The translations under genes were made by a program, and so were the position numbers. From assembly GCA_964515055.1 (NCBI GenBank), contig CAZEUG010000001.1, forward strand, positions 122,732 to 186,731: a DNA stretch of 64,000 nucleotides, read 5' to 3'. Numbering within the stretch: position 1 is the stretch's first letter; every line of letters starts with the position of its first letter. Under the pieces are notes generated by a model, which saw only the letters and a program-made list of their open reading frames with translations, made no database searches and was not told the DNA's origin. This stretch comes from an uncultured Oscillospiraceae bacterium. GTDB lineage: Bacteria > Bacillota > Clostridia > Oscillospirales > QAMX01. Below are positions 60,476 through 64,000 of the stretch, one piece after another.

Positions 60476-63400
60476 ATGAAGCGAACAGGATATCGAATCG
60501 GGATGCTGTGCCTGACCATATGCCTGCTGCTGCCAACCTGGATTGGCAGTCTGCCAGTCTACGCAGTATCAGAGGTTTCCGTCCAGAGCGGAACCGGCAC
60601 GCGGGAGGCGTTTCGAGTGGAGGACACCTGCTCCTATCGCGCCATCGTGAACGAATCGTTCACGGCGTTTGCCTTCTATATGCCAACCTGGGAGCAGACC
60701 GACTCCGGCGCAACGCTCTCCCTGTATGCCTGGCAGGGCAGCTATGACGCAACGCTGGCACAGACACCGCTGGCCAGCCAGTCCTTTTCCCCCTTACAGG
60801 ACGGCAACTGCAATCTCGTTGAATTTGAGGAGCAGCCTGCGGGCGAGTACCTGTTTCATATTTCGAACGTCCGCTCCACCGTCGGCGTCTGGATGAACTC
60901 GTCGCCGGTTCAATCCAAGGGCTTTCTGTATGTCAACGGCGTTGAGCAGCGCGGCGAACCGGATCTCTGGCTCCGCCTGACCCGGCCCGCATCGGAGCCG
61001 TTCGGCGTCTGCCAGCCCACCGGTAAGTTCTATGAGCGACTTTCCCCCTATACCGGCGTGGCGGAAGCCAGAACGATATCGGCTCTCCAGTCGCCTCTGG
61101 GGATGCGCCTGCACCCGGCAATAGATTTCACCGGCGTCCGCTTCATGCTCGCCACCTACACGCACCCGGATTTGAAGGTCAACCTGTCGGTCTACCGCTG
61201 GGCGGGTACCTATGCAGAAACGGTTGCGGGTGAACCGTTGGTCAGTGAACGCATCCTGCTCGTGGACAATGCCATGCAGGGCATCCACTTTGACCCGCTG
61301 CCCGCCGGAGAGTACCTGTTCCTGCTCGATGAATTCTCGAAGGATCCGGCCATGTACGCCTATGACGATGTTGACGAGTGTCACGGTGTCATCTACCAAA
61401 ACGGCTATCCGTCCGACTCCGACGTCCTGTATCCGCTGATGGAGCTCGAATTCTATGGGGAGGAAACGCCGTACTACCTGCCGTGTACCGAGGTGCCTGG
61501 GGAGCTGACAGAGTCGGTCGAGGCCACAACACCCTATGAAATCCCGGAGGACAGCCTGATCAACACCCATCCGGTTATGCCGGACACCTGGGTGTTCACC
61601 GATGGACTGGGGCGCGTCTCGCTGACCAACGCCGAAGTGGGCGACCCAAAACCGGACAAAACACTCGCCATGTTTTACTGGACATGGCATATCGACAACC
61701 TGACGGCCGAAATTCCCAACAATCTGCAGGCGCTGTCGGAGGCGAACCCCGAAGCCATGCAGGACTGGGACAATGAGCTGTGGCAAAATCTCACCAATAC
61801 CTATTTCTGGAACGAACCGATCTACGGCTATTATCTCGGAAACGATGCCTGGGTTCTTCGCAAGCAGGCAGAGCTCCTCACCAATGCCGGTGTGGATGTG
61901 ATTTTCACTGACAACACCAACGGGACAACGACCTGGCGAACGGCCTATACGGCGCTGATGGACACCTGGACGGACGCGATGAATGACGGCGTGAAGACGC
62001 CGAAGGTTTCATTTATTCTGCCGTTTTTCAACGGGGATGACACGAATCAACAGCTCCAATCGCTGTTCAATGATGTTTACCGAACCGGGACACATCAGAA
62101 TCTCTGGTTCTACTGGGACGGCAAACCGATGCTGATGGCGATGAAAAGCGCAGTCAGCAATCCGATGTCTAAGACCGAAAGCAGCATCACCAATTTCTTC
62201 ACATTCCGCACGCCGCAGCCCGGCTATGTGACACCGCGCACCGCGATTTCCAGCTGGGGCTGGCTGTCCATGTATCCACAGGCGCTCTACTATTGCAATA
62301 ACGCAGCGCGCAAAGCGGGCAGCGTCGAACAGATGACCGTCGGCATCGCTATGAACCACAACTATGTGACCCACAAGCTGGCCAGCATGAATGGCGACCA
62401 TATCGCCGGACGCTCCTACACCTCCACTGATCCGGAACGCTATCAGCGAGAGGGTGCCGAGGCGAGCAAATGGGGCTACAACTTCGCGGAACAGTGGAAC
62501 TATGCGCTGGAGGTCGATCCGAGTGTCGTCTTTGTGACCGGCTGGAACGAGTTCCGCGTCGGCCGCTATGAGCTGTGGCCGTCCGAATCGGACGGCACCG
62601 AAAACGCCTTTCCGGATCAGTTCAATGATGAATTCTCACGCGATATTGAGCCGACACGCGGCGCATTGCAGGATCACTACTACTATCAGCTCGTCAATTT
62701 TGCAAGGCAGTACAAGGGTGTTCGCGCCATTCCAACGCCGAGCGCCAACCAGACGATTGATCTGAACGGCGGGTATGAGCAGTGGAAGACCGTCGCACCC
62801 TATTACGGCGCATACATCGGCAATACCGATGACCGCGATGCAGACGGCTATGGCGACCTCCATTACACGGAAACCTCCGGCCGAAACGATATCATCGGCG
62901 CACAGGTTGCACGGGATGCGGAATTTCTGTACTTCCTTGTCGAGTGTGCAGAGGAAATCACGCCGTACACCGACCCGCTCTGGATGAACCTGTATCTCGA
63001 TACCGACCCGGACAATCAGGGCTGGAATACCTTCGAGTATGTCCTGAACAAAACACCGGCCTCTGCCGAGACAATGGTTCTGGAACGGTTCACCGCAGAC
63101 AACGACTACAGCCGGACAGAGGTGGTGACCGAAGTCGATTATGTACAGGATGGCCGTTACCTGACGGTGAAGATTCCGAAGTCGGCTGTGCAGCTGACGG
63201 GCGATGACTACACCGTCAACTTCGCCTGGACCGATCATGTGCATGATGTGGAAAATGATGCGGTTTACTCCGGCGATATCCTCGACTTCTACGTTTCCGG
63301 CGATGCCGCACCCGGCGGCCGATTCAAATACAGCTACATCTCCACCGCTGAAAACGCCCACGCAGACGCTGCTCCGACCCATGCAGACAGTGACAGCCCG

Positions 63401-63514
63401 ACCGGATGGATTCTCCTGTCAGTCGGACTGGTGGTGCTGATTGGAGCGGCCACAGCCGTTTTTCTGCTGCGAAAGAGAAAAAAACAGGAATCCGCATTGG
63501 CAGCATCGCTCTGA
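60476..63514 (+). CDS. 1012-aa secreted, C-terminally membrane-anchored surface protein with duplicated N-terminal beta-sandwich-like modules and a putative glycoside-hydrolase-like core
   Basis: ORF 60410..63514. ATG 60476 gives the signal peptide MKRTGYRIGMLCLTICLLLPTWIGSLPVYA. Internal repeat: LSLYAWQGSYDATLAQ...PAGEYLF versus LSVYRWAGTYAETVAG...PAGEYLF. C-terminal TM segment WILLSVGLVVLIGAATAVFLL followed by RKRKK. Function is not established. Confidence 0.7.
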   Translation: MKRTGYRIGMLCLTICLLLPTWIGSLPVYAVSEVSVQSGTGTREAFRVEDTCSYRAIVNESFTAFAFYMPTWEQTDSGATLSLYAWQGSYDATLAQTPLASQSFSPLQDGNCNLVEFEEQPAGEYLFHISNVRSTVGVWMNSSPVQSKGFLYVNGVEQRGEPDLWLRLTRPASEPFGVCQPTGKFYERLSPYTGVAEARTISALQSPLGMRLHPAIDFTGVRFMLATYTHPDLKVNLSVYRWAGTYAETVAGEPLVSERILLVDNAMQGIHFDPLPAGEYLFLLDEFSKDPAMYAYDDVDECHGVIYQNGYPSDSDVLYPLMELEFYGEETPYYLPCTEVPGELTESVEATTPYEIPEDSLINTHPVMPDTWVFTDGLGRVSLTNAEVGDPKPDKTLAMFYWTWHIDNLTAEIPNNLQALSEANPEAMQDWDNELWQNLTNTYFWNEPIYGYYLGNDAWVLRKQAELLTNAGVDVIFTDNTNGTTTWRTAYTALMDTWTDAMNDGVKTPKVSFILPFFNGDDTNQQLQSLFNDVYRTGTHQNLWFYWDGKPMLMAMKSAVSNPMSKTESSITNFFTFRTPQPGYVTPRTAISSWGWLSMYPQALYYCNNAARKAGSVEQMTVGIAMNHNYVTHKLASMNGDHIAGRSYTSTDPERYQREGAEASKWGYNFAEQWNYALEVDPSVVFVTGWNEFRVGRYELWPSESDGTENAFPDQFNDEFSRDIEPTRGALQDHYYYQLVNFARQYKGVRAIPTPSANQTIDLNGGYEQWKTVAPYYGAYIGNTDDRDADGYGDLHYTETSGRNDIIGAQVARDAEFLYFLVECAEEITPYTDPLWMNLYLDTDPDNQGWNTFEYVLNKTPASAETMVLERFTADNDYSRTEVVTEVDYVQDGRYLTVKIPKSAVQLTGDDYTVNFAWTDHVHDVENDAVYSGDILDFYVSGDAAPGGRFKYSYISTAENAHADAAPTHADSDSPTGWILLSVGLVVLIGAATAVFLLRKRKKQESALAASL

Positions 63515-63536
63515 AATAACGGAAAACGGGATTCCC

Positions 63537-63565
63537 TTGCAATATCCGCGCAAATATGGTATACT
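63537..63565 (+). promoter_or_regulatory. sigma70-type promoter (TTGCAA-17-TATACT, TG-extended) of the terminal Gfo/Idh/MocA gene
   Basis: TTGCAA at 63537-63542, a 17-nt spacer ending in TGG, then TATACT at 63560-63565. Confidence 0.55.
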
Positions 63566-63635
63566 ATATGAGACAATGTCCCTGTGAGCGAAACCGGTTG
63601 AAAAACCGAACCATATAGAAAAAGGAGATCAGATT

Positions 63636-64000
63636 ATGATCAAAGTAGGAATTGTCGGCGGCCGTGCCAAATCGACCATGGCAGGCTTTCGCGCTCTGGA
63701 TAACGTCGAAGTCACGGCAGTTTGCGACCTGAACGAAACCTGCATGAATCAGATCGCGGATGAATTCAACATCCCGCATCGCTATCGCGTGTTCGAAGAT
63801 ATGCTGGAATCGGATATTGACGCGGTGGTGCTGGCCTCGCCCATGCAGTGCCATGTGCCGCAGGCGGTTGCAGCCATGGAAGCCGGAAAGCACGTTATGA
63901 GCGAGGTGACGGCCGGCGTCACCATGGATGAGCTCTGGTGGCTGATTGAAACCAAGGAAAAATACGGCAAGATTTACATGATGGCCGAGAACTATATTTA
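63636..64000 (+). CDS. Gfo/Idh/MocA family oxidoreductase (N-terminal part; runs off the window)
   Basis: My translation from ATG 63636 (AAAGGAGA SD) is MIKVGIVGGRAKSTMAGFRALDNVEVTAVCDLNE...AVVLASPMQCHVPQAVAAMEAGKHVMSEV, the Rossmann half of the family. It is not in the ORF track because it is open at the edge. Confidence 0.8.
   Translation, partial: MIKVGIVGGRAKSTMAGFRALDNVEVTAVCDLNETCMNQIADEFNIPHRYRVFEDMLESDIDAVVLASPMQCHVPQAVAAMEAGKHVMSEVTAGVTMDELWWLIETKEKYGKIYMMAENYI

Overview
High-GC (roughly 58-60% by eye), densely coding chromosomal segment that looks like a Clostridia-type Firmicute. I call 50 CDS. I saw no rRNA, tRNA, CRISPR array, transposase or integrase. All product calls come from reading the translations and from memory of protein families; nothing was searched. 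Layout: (1) 1-16.8 kb, all on the minus strand: trkA (partial), an operon of a DUF4838-like lipoprotein and a 993-aa Ig-repeat surface protein, ppdK, a glutaminase-A/DUF4965-like protein, a membrane protein, and the class III heat-shock operon ctsR-mcsA-mcsB-clpC with a textbook CtsR operator. (2) 17.3-39 kb, mostly on the plus strand: a 56-aa ferredoxin missing from the ORF track, tRNA and rRNA methyltransferases, hom, uppP, ftsK, and the conserved Bacillus ylo-type cluster yicC-remA-gmk-rpoZ-priA-def-fmt-rlmN-stp-prkC-rsgA. (3) 39-49.6 kb: a glycan-utilisation island holding a GH2 beta-galactosidase, two tandem xylose-isomerase-like TIM-barrel proteins and a GH38 alpha-mannosidase, with a divergent SIS-like/HAD fusion plus an HldE-like PfkB kinase. 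(4) 49.6-64 kb: a three-gene glycerol-3-P-dehydrogenase-like operon behind a consensus promoter and a leader terminator, a CdaR-like regulator, ftsE-ftsX-M23 peptidase-S41 peptidase, an ispDF fusion coupled to a divergent second deformylase, a 1012-aa surface protein, and a partial Gfo/Idh/MocA gene. I found no obvious defence or mobile system. The best novelty candidates are: the degenerate-SIS/HAD fusion with the orphan HldE-like kinase; the transporter-less and regulator-less glycan island with paired TIM barrels; about 420 bp of structured non-coding DNA between ctsR and the ferredoxin gene; and several leader or operator elements (ppdK leader hairpin, glp leader terminator, a 16-bp perfect palindrome between divergent promoters). 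The very long antisense ORFs, up to 1240 aa, are judged to be shadow ORFs.
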